This document shows, in pieces, positions 1 to 10,570 of a stretch of DNA of 35,376 nt. Source of the DNA: Octopus bimaculoides (taxonomy: Eukaryota). The first letter of the stretch is position 1. Each line of letters starts with the position of its first letter. Made by a program: the position numbers and the translations under genes. The stretch covers positions 4,426,332-4,461,707 of the forward strand of contig NC_069004.1 of the NCBI RefSeq assembly GCF_001194135.2. The letters run 5' to 3'. The notes beneath the pieces are model-generated. The model was not told the origin of the DNA, searched no databases, and worked only from the letters and a program-made list of their open reading frames with translations.

Positions 1-233
1 ACCATATATTTGGATTTGTACCGTTTTGTTCAAGTGAATGTTTAAGAAACCATAAGAAAATTATGTGTTTGCTTTAAAATTTGAGATCACATAGACAGTA
101 TTTTACGTAGGATATGGGCAGTTCCCATGAGCACTATCTTTTGAACTTCAGCCATTTTGGGGTTTCCTGGAATCTGATCTAGGTAGTAATCAGCCCGTTT
201 CGCTGTCATTCCCAGGGAACCTATGACAATAGG

Positions 234-234
<1 letters not shown>

Positions 235-295
<61 letters not shown>

Positions 296-345
296 GTTAT
301 TGTTGTTGCTGTTGTTGTCTATGCTGTTCTTTATGGCTGTTATTG
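235..345. repeat. (ATT)n microsatellite grading into (GTT)n
   Basis: Seen directly: about 20 perfect TTA units followed by degenerate TTG/GTT units. Confidence 0.97.
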
Positions 346-496
346 TTACAGTAGTTGCTACATTTTTGATAATTTACAAAAAGTTACAGAGTTTTTTTAT
401 TATTTCTGAAATGCTCGTCTATTTTATTTGCGGGTACGGAATACCAAAATTACGATCAATATCTAGATAGAGTTGCATACGCCTTTCTGAAAATAT

Positions 497-498
497 AC

Positions 499-548
<50 letters not shown>

Positions 549-615
549 ACGTGTGTGAGTGTGTGTGATTGTGTGTGTTTCCGTGCTTGCCTTTACGTGT
601 GTGTGTTTCTGTGTA
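497..615. repeat. Compound (TA)n-(TG)n microsatellite
   Basis: Seen directly. Representative of many TA/TG/CA compound arrays (e.g. 5517-5585, 7060-7150, 7710-7938, 8990-9170, 12505-12930, 16100-16290, 20530-20770, 31260-31680, 33640-34590). Confidence 0.97.
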
Positions 616-1045
616 GGTGACTATTCTGTGATAAATCTGTTACTAAATATGGCACAGGATATTTCCGCAGAGAGAATATTTCCCTGTTTGATATTTAGAA
701 TATTTTAAACCCTGCAGTTTTAAATCGTGTATTTATTCTTAACCCTGCTATTTCTGCGCTTCTTTATAGAAGTATCCTACATAAAGAAGTATTAGGACTA
801 ATAAAACAACGTTGAGATTTAAAGGCGTTCTGTGACTAGTGAACTTTCCAATGTTGATGTTAAATTTCAACAGCTATTAATGGCTGGCTGTTTGCCTGCA
901 AGTCTGTGTATGTGTATATGTGTGAGTGTATGTGTGTGCGATGTTAAGATTGTGTGGGGTATATAATAGTCATCGGAGAAAGTGTAATACTCATCACTTA
1001 CGAGATTGCTGAAATTGACTTTTACAGAAAGGTTGCCTTCAAAGT

Positions 1046-1133
1046 GAAAATGCCGTCTCGACAAAATGTCGACAACACAAAATGGCGACCAGACCGAAAT
1101 GTTGACTGCCAATTATTGATATTCAAAATGCCA
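1046..1133 (+). repeat. Short array of AAAATG-n-CG motifs with about 16-bp period
   Basis: gaaaatgccg (1046), caaaatgtcg (1062), caaaatggcg (1078), cgaaatgttg (1095), caaaatgcca (1124). Confidence 0.6.
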
Positions 1134-1286
1134 TCCGTTTGTTAAATTTTCTTTTTAATTTAATAAAACTATCTTTGTATAAATATAATTCTTTCAAGCA
1201 AATTGTATTTGTAATATTCAAAACTTTGACACTCTTCATTCTTCTGTTGTGAGCATTTTCTCTTTGTTGATATTTTCATTCAACAG

Positions 1287-1500
1287 ATTTCTGGCACATC
1301 AGAATAAACAGTAACATGGTGGATCATCAGTGGAAGGCTTCTAAGTAATTGTCTGCAGAGAAAACGCTGGAAGGTATCCAGCTCTCCGACTCTGAAGTCA
1401 GGAATATACTACAGCAGTATTATGAAGGAATACCTACCACACGTGACCATCACGTCATTCTTATTGATTCTTCACTAGATTCAGTTTTTGATTTTTGGAG
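1287..1500 (+). other. Candidate 214-nt exon with a signal-peptide-like ORF interrupted by TAG
   Basis: Acceptor tattttcattcaacag| (AG 1285-86) and donor GAG|gtaaca (1501). ATG 1422 gives MKEYLPHVTITSFLLILH*IQFLIFG ending at a phase-1 donor. No homology recognised. Confidence 0.25.
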
Positions 1501-1651
1501 GTAACATGTCTAGAATTTAAAATATACTTTTTATTATTTATTCAAAGAGAAGTTGGTCGCAGTCAATACATTCGTACAACTGATATAGTTTTTGTTCAAC
1601 TACATTGAGTACACTATTGACCACGAGGGCTGTTATTACAGTTTGCATATA

Positions 1652-2147
1652 GGCGTAGGCGTGGCTAAGTGGTAAGTTGTTTGCTTTGCAACCATATGGT
1701 TGCGGGTTCAGTCTTGGTACCTAGGACAAGTGGCACCTTAGACAAGTATCTTCTGCTATAGCCTCGGGTCGATCAAAGTCTTGTGATTGGATTTGTAGAC
1801 GGAAATTGTATGTATATATCTATAAATATATAGACAACATCGAATGGCTAGGAGGAAAATATAAATATATAAATGTGTATGTGTATTTATATATATGTAT
1901 ATATATAAATATATATGTGTGTGTGTAAATACATATAGGTGCTTGCCTATCCTCTACCACCGCGTGAAGTCAGGAGTTGATGTGTTCACGTCGCCGTCAC
2001 GCAGCGTTTCTGGAAAAGAGACCGATAGAGTGAGTCCCAAGCTTTGAAATAAGTATTGTAATAGAGGTGTTCGACTAATCCACTTGAAATTGGCGCCCCA
2101 GCATGGCTTGCAGTCCAATTACCGAGGCAAGCGAACAATAAAAGATT
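1652..2147 (+). mobile_element. tRNA-derived SINE family A, near full length with internal (TA)/(TG) tract
   Basis: Head ggcgtaggcgtggctaagtggtaag (A-box-like) and gggttcagtc (B-box-like); body homologous to copies at 9551, 10571 and 28434; microsatellite about 1810-1935; 3' half ...gcgccccagcatggcttgcagtccaattaccgaggcaagcg matches 10895-10938. Confidence 0.85.
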
Positions 2148-2582
2148 TTAAACACTGAGATCTGGTAATAAAGTCGAAGCTAAGATCCACTGATTTGTTA
2201 TTATTCCAAGAAATCCTTTAGAATTGATCGATAATTAATCAAGAACAGTAAGCTGGATAAGACGAGCTGGAATTTGAAGAGATAACTCATTTCCTTTGCA
2301 AAGGAAGTGAGTGAGAATTGGAGAAGCTTATCGCTCAACGTATAAGGAACCTTGTTTGATAATGATCTTTTTCGCCTTTTAGGGGTTGGTGCGTGTTGGT
2401 CAAAGCTGTTTATGTGAGTAGCAGAAGTACCTTCGCAGATTAGGAGGACCCGCCCTATTCGTGGTGCACACGTGATCATTGGAGCGCAGTGTTTCTCCGC
2501 CATCTCTTACCTTTGACTCCAGTTTTACTCCTAGACGCTCCCTCTTTTACAAATATCCTATCCTTTTTATCTTCAAATATTA

Positions 2583-2920
2583 TTACCTCCGCCTTTGCAA
2601 AGGCGGGAGTATTGTTTCCAGTCGTAGTTGTTTATTTGCTTGTTTGTTCGTGGACCGCTGGATGAATTCGGAGGAAACTTTCAGAGATGTTTCACCACAT
2701 GACTGGCACGAACTGATAAGATTTTGGGATCGATGCACTTCCGGGCAAGGATTCTGGATTATTTTTCCATTTTATTACGTAACTTTTGAGAGCGGTGGTG
2801 TTCATTTTAGTGTTCTGGTTTGTGAGAGCAGTCAAGTTTATTTCAGATATTCTCATTTAAAAAATCATTTCTAGCTAATCGTTGAGAGGACGTTAGTGTT
2901 ACCCTGTCGGAGATGCTCTT
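2583..2920 (+). mobile_element. Probable non-autonomous Helentron/DINE-1-like (HINE) element
   Basis: 5' ttacctccgcc, a perfect 18-bp palindrome at 2589-2606, a (GTTT)-like tract at about 2627-2648 and a degenerate complementary subterminal copy gtcggagat at 2906-2914 (7/9). Classification is from recalled DINE/HINE architecture. Confidence 0.45.
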
Positions 2921-3000
2921 CTTAAGAATTGTATTTAAGCAATTGTTAAATATTTCATGTATTATAAAAGTATTTATTTCACGATGCTCTAGTTTATTCC

Positions 3001-3187
3001 ACTGGCAAAAATGAGTCGTGCTTGTAATTGAAAGTGTCAGCCTTGGCACATTCTGTGTCACACTGAACGTTAAGGGTACACTGGTCTTTGGAGTGCTCAG
3101 CCACTTGCACGCTAATTATACGAGTAGATCGTTTCGTAGACTAGATCCCCTGGATCACTCAGCTTTGTAGCCGACGAAGTGCCACTT
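3001..3187 (+). mobile_element. Degenerate interspersed repeat fragment (third family)
   Basis: ...gtcagccttggcacattctgtgtcacactgaacgttaagggtacac...ggagtgctcagccacttgcacg... resembles an octopus dispersed repeat I recall. There is no second copy in the window, so support is from memory only. Confidence 0.35.
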
Positions 3188-3714
3188 GTATTATTGAAAG
3201 CAACAATACTCATGCAAGTACCAGCGGTTATACTGAAAACTGTGAAATGATTGGAAGTTTAAAGAGAAAAAAAAACATGAAATATAGAATTTCTATTCAA
3301 TTTGTGGTTTCTTTCAGACATCTGATGCTTTAGAAAGTGTCAAAGAATGTGCGGTTTCAGGAGATAACATCTCTGGAAGTTAAAGTCCTTGTTACACGTT
3401 TCTCACCTCATCTATATTTAGAGGTGTTATCTTTTATTTTACACTTTACCTCAGGAAAAAAATGACTCTTAAATTTGGAGGGAAATCTAAGATATAATCT
3501 AGGCATCATAACATTCTTCTAACGAGAGACAACTTTGGTAAAGCTTTCAAAATTCTTGATACGTTGTATGCCTTATTTTCATACGTCAACAACGATTAAA
3601 TATTTAGTCGTAGGTTGGAGTTCCGATATGAGAAGCACAGTTGCTGCTGCACTTCGCTGTTGAGATTCTCAAAAACGTACCTGTAACATAAGCGCCAGCC
3701 TTCCTGTACGGTTT

Positions 3715-3850
3715 AACGTTCGATTCGTGACAATGTCATTCTAGATTCGTCCCCCGGCGTTGCCCCTTTAGTATATGTCTACCACAGGGTCGACTTGAAG
3801 CCTCGAATAAAAGTTGGTGGACAGAAAGTGTACGGAAGCCTATCTGACAT
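3715..3850 (+). mobile_element. SINE family A relic (5' half), followed by microsatellite
   Basis: ttctagattcgtcccccggcgttgcccc...ggtcgacttgaagcc...gttggtggacagaaagtgtacggaagcc aligns by eye to the family A head and body. Confidence 0.55.
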
Positions 3851-4574
3851 ATATTAACATATACGTGTGTGTGAGTGTGTGTGTATGCGTGCGTATGTGT
3901 GTGTTTGTGGGTGTGTCTGTGCATTGAATCACATACATACATACATACATACATACATACATAAATACATACATATATATAGTTGTCTCCTGGCTTCAGC
4001 AAATTAACAAAAATTAATATCTGCTATTGGTTAATTTTTATTCCCGATCTTTCTCCTTTCAAACCTCATTTATCTCCATTTCGTAGTTTTGCTGTTGTCT
4101 GTCTTAAATATGTTAACGAGCAACATGTAGAAAAATGACAGCCTGAAGACTTATTCTAGTTTATTTTATGAAATGAAATTAGCTCTTTCTTTTTTTTTTG
4201 TTTCTTTTTCTTGCTAAACATTACTTTCTGCAATGCTTTCCATGTTTGTGTGTATGACACGTGGTTTTCAAGATACATTGAATCACATCTGTTAAGAGTG
4301 GTAAATGTTACGCCAACAGATGCTATATATATATATATATTATTTAACGTTACACGACAATTAATTGCCAATGATATACATCATGGTTATGTAAATCAAT
4401 TAAAATCCTATTACGTGGTGATGTGAGTCGCGGTGGATACAGGCTTTCCTGTAAGGACATTTTACACATTGAAAAACAAACATACGAGAAATGATATATA
4501 ATATTAACTAATATTTTTACTGTTATAGAAAAATGTTAATTCCATGGGCAAAACAACATACCACCATAACGAAC

Positions 4575-4650
4575 AAATGATGATGATAATGATGGTGATG
4601 ATGATGATGATGATGATGATGATGACGATGACGATGATGATGATAATACT
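4575..4650. repeat. (GAT)n microsatellite
   Basis: Seen directly. Confidence 0.95.
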
Positions 4651-5719
4651 GGTAGTAATATAAACAAAAGACAAACATGACAAAAATATGAAAGGCAATA
4701 AATGAAATAAAACAAGATAATTAAAATAAAATTTTTTTAAAAAATAAAATAAAATGAGAATAAAATCGGTTTTGTAATGATAAAAGATCTCGATTATAAA
4801 TCATTCATTTGTGAATAACTGTTTAATTTTCTTTTATATGAAGAAGCAATGCCTTGGAGAAAAATATTTTGGATGATTTAAGAAAGAAAATGTCAATCAG
4901 ATCAGCATTCGCGTGATATTTTTCTTTCAAATACATTTAATAGTATTTGACTTATTTTTCTTTCTGATGTAGTGTTTCATTTTTTTTGTTTTGGTTTTTA
5001 TTGTTACAATTCTGTCTTAGGAATTTTTTTTGTATGTATAAACATATATATTATTTATTTTAATATTCCTATTATTTTATCAGTTTTTGAAAATAAGAAA
5101 AGAAAAAAAAAAGAATAATTTTAATATTTATTTCTCTATATGAACATGTTGATGGTCTACTTAAGTGAATTGATGGTATGACAAGAAGAAGTATCAAAGA
5201 ACAACAACACTTCAACGGCGTGGTGATGGTGTGTGTGTGGTGGGGGCGAACAGCAGCAATGACAACACCAGCAACAACAAGTAAAACAGCATCGTTTAAA
5301 AATAATCTCCCTCGAGGGTTATTCTTTTCTATGGCATTCTGAATTATCCAGAATTTAAAAGTGTTAAATGAACAGTTAACATGAAAAACCTTATTTCGAA
5401 TTACATTTACGGATGAAAATCTTTTAGTATTTTCTTTTTATATTTAAACATTATTTACTTCAATTTGTGTGTTGTAAAGTACGTTTATAAGTGTATTTAT
5501 AAAGTGTCTCCGGAAGTGCGTGTGTGTGTGTGTGTGTGTGCGTGTGTGTATATGTGTGTGTGTGTGTGTGTATGTGTGTGTGAGTAACTTTGTGAATTTG
5601 CAGTATGCAGGTAAGAGTACCTGTAAGCGCGTTCTTAAGCCTCTGCATTTGTTTATTTGGAAGTGTAACAAAAGAAGGAATAACACATGAAATATGTATG
5701 TGTAATATTTTTCTCCTCT

Positions 5720-5846
5720 AGGCACAAGGCGTGAAATTTTTGCGGAGGGAACTGTCGATTAGAACGACCGCGGTACGTAACTGGTATTTAATTTATCGAC
5801 TCCGAAATAATGAAAGGCAAAGTTGACCTCGGCGTGCTAACGTTTC
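5720..5846 (-). mobile_element. tRNA-derived SINE family B, internally deleted copy
   Basis: Homologous to the adjacent copy at 5852-6079 (gtacgtaactggta..ttt.atcgac.ccgaaa..atgaaaggcaaagt.gac) but lacks the B-box segment. Confidence 0.85.
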
Positions 5847-5851
5847 TTATC

Positions 5852-6079
5852 TTTTTACTGCTGACAAGGGGCTACACACAGAGGGAACAAAGAAAAACAG
5901 ACAAACGGATTAAGTCGATTATATCGATCCCAGTACGTAACTGGTACTTATTTAATCGACCCCGAAAGGATGAAAGGCAAAGTCGACTTCGGTGGAATTT
6001 GAACTCAGAACGTAACTGCAGACGAAATACCGCCAAGCATTTCACCCGGCGTGCTAACGTTTCTACCAGCTCGCCGCCT
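5852..6079 (-). mobile_element. tRNA-derived SINE family B, near full length
   Basis: Minus strand reads ggcggcgagctggtagaaacgttagcacg (A-box-like) ... gagttcaaattcc (B-box-like) ... gactttgcctttcatcctttcggggtcgattaaataagtacc, resembling the Deu/Nin-type SINE central domain as I recall it. Several homologues in the window. Confidence 0.88.
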
Positions 6080-6150
6080 TTATATGTATGCATGTATTAT
6101 TGCAACGCTAATGGTATACGTTAGATTCACAATATAAGTGTATGAGTGTA

Positions 6151-6321
6151 CAGTAACCCCTCACCATATCGCGGTTCACCTATCACGGTTTATTATTTAA
6201 GCTTCCTCCTACTAAAAATAGTCAAAGAAATATACCGTAAAGTACTGTTTCTACTTCGCAGATTTTCATCTATCACGGGGGGTTTCGGAACGTAGCAACC
6301 GCGATAGTCGAAGGATTACTA
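6151..6321. mobile_element. Tc1/mariner (pogo/Tigger-like) MITE, 171 bp
   Basis: Imperfect TIRs cagtaacccctcaccatatcgcggtt / aaccgcgatagtcgaaggattacta; TA at 6149-50 and 6322-23; internal direct repeat ttcacctatcacgg (6175) / ttcatctatcacgg (6265). Confidence 0.75.
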
Positions 6322-6761
6322 TATTACGCTCTTATGTATTTCAGTCGGCACAATTTTTTAACATTCCCTCGTATTATGTAATAGCTAGTAGGAAGCCATT
6401 GCACCCGTAAAAAGCAATGAATATGTATTACAAAAATGGAAACCGGTTTGTAATTATATACTTTAAAGTATCCCATTATGTATTTTTGCAACTATGGATT
6501 TAGGAATGTTTAATAAAATAATTTGATATGATTTTACTCTACAATTTTTTTCCCCAATCCTTAATCTCCAAACGAATTTATTGTGGTACAAGTATTTTGG
6601 CAATAACATATCATTTCGGAATATTTGGTAATTAATTTTGAAATAATTTGAATGTGGTAATCCGTTATTCAATGCATATTGCTGTGCGTTAGAAAGGTTT
6701 CAATGTAATAGTTTAAGTCGGAATAAATTAACTGTAAATGTAAAATGAAAAATCGTTTTCT

Positions 6762-6788
6762 CATTATTATTATTATAATTATAATTAT

Positions 6789-6882
<94 letters not shown>

Positions 6883-6886
6883 GTTG

Positions 6887-6933
<47 letters not shown>

Positions 6934-6995
6934 GTTGTTGTTGTTATTGTTGTTGTCGTTGTTGTTGTTGTTGTCTTGTTCTTGTTATCATCATT
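6762..6995. repeat. Long (ATT)n to (GTT)n microsatellite
   Basis: Seen directly; source of the poly-I/V ORFs in the track. Confidence 0.97.
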
Positions 6996-7359
6996 ATCAT
7001 TCCATATTGCTCGACCGGTAGGGGATCTGATATATGTGTGTATGTGTGTATAAATATATATATATATACTAGAGATATATATGCACAACACACACACACA
7101 CACACAGACACACACACACACACACACACATATATTTATATATTTATATATAGAGACTATGCATGTATTTTTACATACGTATACAAACAGCAGTAATTTC
7201 CTGAATGCCTTTCTGAATAAAATCGCGTGATTACAGTCGTGATATTTCTGATAGTGTTTTTTTTTTGTTTTTCCGTGTGGGTTTTTAAAAAAACTGAAAT
7301 AAAGTATCCGACGCCATTTTTAAGGATTTGAAATTGTAACAAAGGACATTCTTATTATC

Positions 7360-7485
7360 ACAACCACCACTACCACCACCACCACCAACAAAAACAACAA
7401 CAATAATAACGACGACAACAACAACAGCAACAACATCAACAGCAGTAGCACTGGTAGTAGCAGTAGTAGCAGCAGTAGCAGATCC
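7360..7485. repeat. Compound trinucleotide repeat (ACC/AAC/AGC/AGT)
   Basis: Seen directly. Confidence 0.9.
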
Positions 7486-7883
7486 AGGGGGCAAGAAGGA
7501 GCGAAAACGCCATATTGATTCATAAATAGGTAAGCCGAAAGACAATAGGTAAAAAGAAAGATAAATAAATAACTATGTACAGAGACAGCTAGAGCGAGGC
7601 AGAAGACGGATAACGTATGTTTTTAACATTGTGTTGCAAATAAGGACGAATTCAATGTTGTCCACTAGTTTATGGCATTGTGGCATATCTTATAAAATTC
7701 CCTATGTATGTATATATGTATGTATGTATGCATGTATGTGTGTAAAAATATATGTATGTATGTATGTATATATGTATGAATCTATCTATCTATATGTATA
7801 TAAATATATATGATGTATATGTACATATATATGTATATATATACATATACATATACACATACGCATATTATGTTTATATATGC

Positions 7884-7922
<39 letters not shown>

Positions 7923-9057
7923 TACACAAATATATATANNNNNNNNNNNNNNNNNNNNNNNNNNNNNNNNNNNNNNNNNNNNNNNNNNNNNNNNNNNNNN
8001 NNNNNNNNNNNNNNNNNNNNNNNNNNNNNNNNNNNNNNNNNNNNNNNNNNNNNNNNNNNNNNNNNNNNNNNNNNNNNNNNNNNNNNNNNNNNNNNNNNNN
8101 NNNNNNNNNNNNNNNNNNNNNNNNNNNNNNNNNNNNNNNNNNNNNNNNNNNNNNNNNNNNNNNNNNNNNNNNNNNNNNNNNNNNNNNNNNNNNNNNNNNN
8201 NNNNNNNNNNNNNNNNNNNNNNNNNNNNNNNNNNNNNNNNNNNNNNNNNNNNNNNNNNNNNNNNNNNNNNNNNNNNNNNNNNNNNNNNNNNNNNNNNNNN
8301 NNNNNNNNNNNNNNNNNNNNNNNNNNNNNNNNNNNNNNNNNTATATATATATATATATATATATATTTGTGTATGTGTGTGTGTGTATGTATGTTATCGA
8401 TATCTATCTAGATATGACGAAGTGTTCATTGAAAGACGAGACGGTGAGTATGAATGATTAATTGGAAGTCACGTGACGTTGAAAGACCTTTCAATTGAAC
8501 GCAGCCAGGACTCGGTGTCATTAATATTAGAGAGCAAATCCAAGAGAAAAGTAACCGACATATTAATGAATCTTTGATTGGTTCTGGGAATTCTCGATAG
8601 AGGTTTCGCAAAGCCAATGCCGTCTGGGAAAAAAATGTAGAACAAGCACAAATTGAAATTAACGCAGGGACACGCACGCTGGTGTTGGTTGGCCGGTATA
8701 AGGAACGAAACGTGTGAAGATGTGAAGAAATTGTTGTGATATTTGGATAGGCATAGTTATAGAGTGTAGATTTATGAAGCCGGGTCATTAAACTGGTTGC
8801 TTGTATGTGACAATACGTGTGTTTCAGCGTGTGTGTGTGAGAGAGAGAGAGACAGTTTGTGTAAGTGTCTGACTACGTGATTGAGTGGGTCTTTATTAAT
8901 TGAAAGTGATAAAAGTATGGATATGTTAGTGAAGCTCTCCATCATATCATCTAGTTAATTATGTATACAGGCACAACCTGTGCGCGTGTGTGCGTGTGTT
9001 ATATATACATATATACATATATACGTATATGTGTCTCAGTGTATGTGTGTATGTATG

Positions 9058-9122
<65 letters not shown>

Positions 9123-9550
9123 TTGTGTGTGTGTGTATGTGCATGTGTGGGTGTCTGTGTGCGTGCGTGTGGGTGTCCTATGAATTTATTTCTCAATAAA
9201 TGAACCACAAACGAGTGAAATTTCATTATGTAATTAATAACATTATGAAAGAACAGCTAAAGTTACGCATTGAATTAATTTTTGAGGGATAAACAATACG
9301 ATATATACATAAACATGAATATTTATCTATTTGTCTATGTATATATCTACCTCTCTCTCTCTCTCTCACTCTCTCTCTCTCACACTCTCTCCTTCTATCT
9401 CCATTCATACATAGATGCATACATACATATATACATATATATACATGTACATTTATATATATATGTATATATTAGCGTATATAAATGTATACATATATAA
9501 AGATACAAAGACGCACACACACGCATATATATATATATATACATGTATAT

Positions 9551-9712
9551 ACGACGGGCTTCTTTCGGTTTCCGTCTACCAAATCCACTCACAAGGCTTT
9601 GGTTGGCTTGAGACAATAGTAGAAGAAACTTGCCCAAGGTACCACGGAGTGGGACTAAACGCAGAATCATGTGGTTGGGAAGCAAACTTCTTATCACACA
9701 GCCATGCATGCG

Positions 9713-9715
<3 letters not shown>
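9551..9715 (-). mobile_element. SINE family A, 5' half, well preserved
   Basis: Minus strand: ggcgcatgcatggctgtgtgataagaagtttgcttcccaaccacatgattctgcgtttagtcccac...gatttggtagacggaaaccgaaagaagcccgtcgtatat. Confidence 0.9.
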
Positions 9716-9745
<30 letters not shown>

Positions 9746-10454
9746 NNNNNNNNNNNNNNNNNNNNNNNNNNNNNNNNNNNNNNNNNNNNNNNNNNNNNNN
9801 NNNNNNNNNNNNNNNNNNNNNNNNNNNNNNNNNNNNNNNNNNNNNNNNNNNNNNNNNNNNNNNNNNNNNNNNNNNNNNNNNNNNNNNNNNNNNNNNNNNN
9901 NNNNNNNNNNNNNNNNNNNNNNNNNNNNNNNNNNNNNNNNNNNNNNNNNNNNNNNNNNNNNNNNNNNNNNNNNNNNNNNNNNNNNNNNNNNNNNNNNNNN
10001 NNNNNNNNNNNNNNNNNNNNNNNNNNNNNNNNNNNNNNNNNNNNNNNNNNNNNNNNNNNNNNNNNNNNNNNNNNNNNNNNNNNNNNNNNNNNNNNNNNNN
10101 NNNNNNNNNNNNNNNNNNNNNNNNNNNNNNNNNNNNNNNNNNNNNNNNNNNNNNNNNNNNNNNNNNNNNNNNNNNNNNNNNNNNNNNNNNNNNNNNNNNN
10201 NNNNNNNNNNNNNNNNNNNNNNNNNNNNNNNNNNNNNNNNNNNNNNNNNNNNNNNNNNNNNNNNNNNNNNNNNNNNNNNNNNNNNNNNNNNNNNNNNNNN
10301 NNNNNNNNNNNNNNNNNNNNNNNNNNNNNNNNNNNNNNNNNNNNNNNNNNNNNNNNNNNNNNNNNNNNNNNNNNNNNNNNNNNNNNNATATATATATATA
10401 TATATATAGTTATATATGCACACACACACATCAGTACCTGAATAGTTTTGTGTT

Positions 10455-10525
10455 TTATCGATTCACTTTTGGATGAAACTAGACCTCGGCGGGATTTGAA
10501 CTCGGGACGTAAATAATCAGAACAA
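10455..10525 (-). mobile_element. SINE family B fragment
   Basis: gacctcggcgggatttgaactcgggacgtaa matches 5986-6016. Confidence 0.65.
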
Positions 10526-10570
10526 ATTTTATGAGTATATATAGAGTTTATTTATAGGAATTTATATGTA

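Noticed and set aside
759-789. 9-bp inverted repeat cttctttat/ataaagaag, and similar short hairpins (5309-5318, about 24698-24722, about 26327-26346)
   Set aside because: Short AT-rich stems of this size are expected by chance in 35 kb, and there is no functional context.
2170-2480. Possible L1/Tx1 3' relic
   Set aside because: Only vague similarity from memory; no diagnostic motif in any frame.
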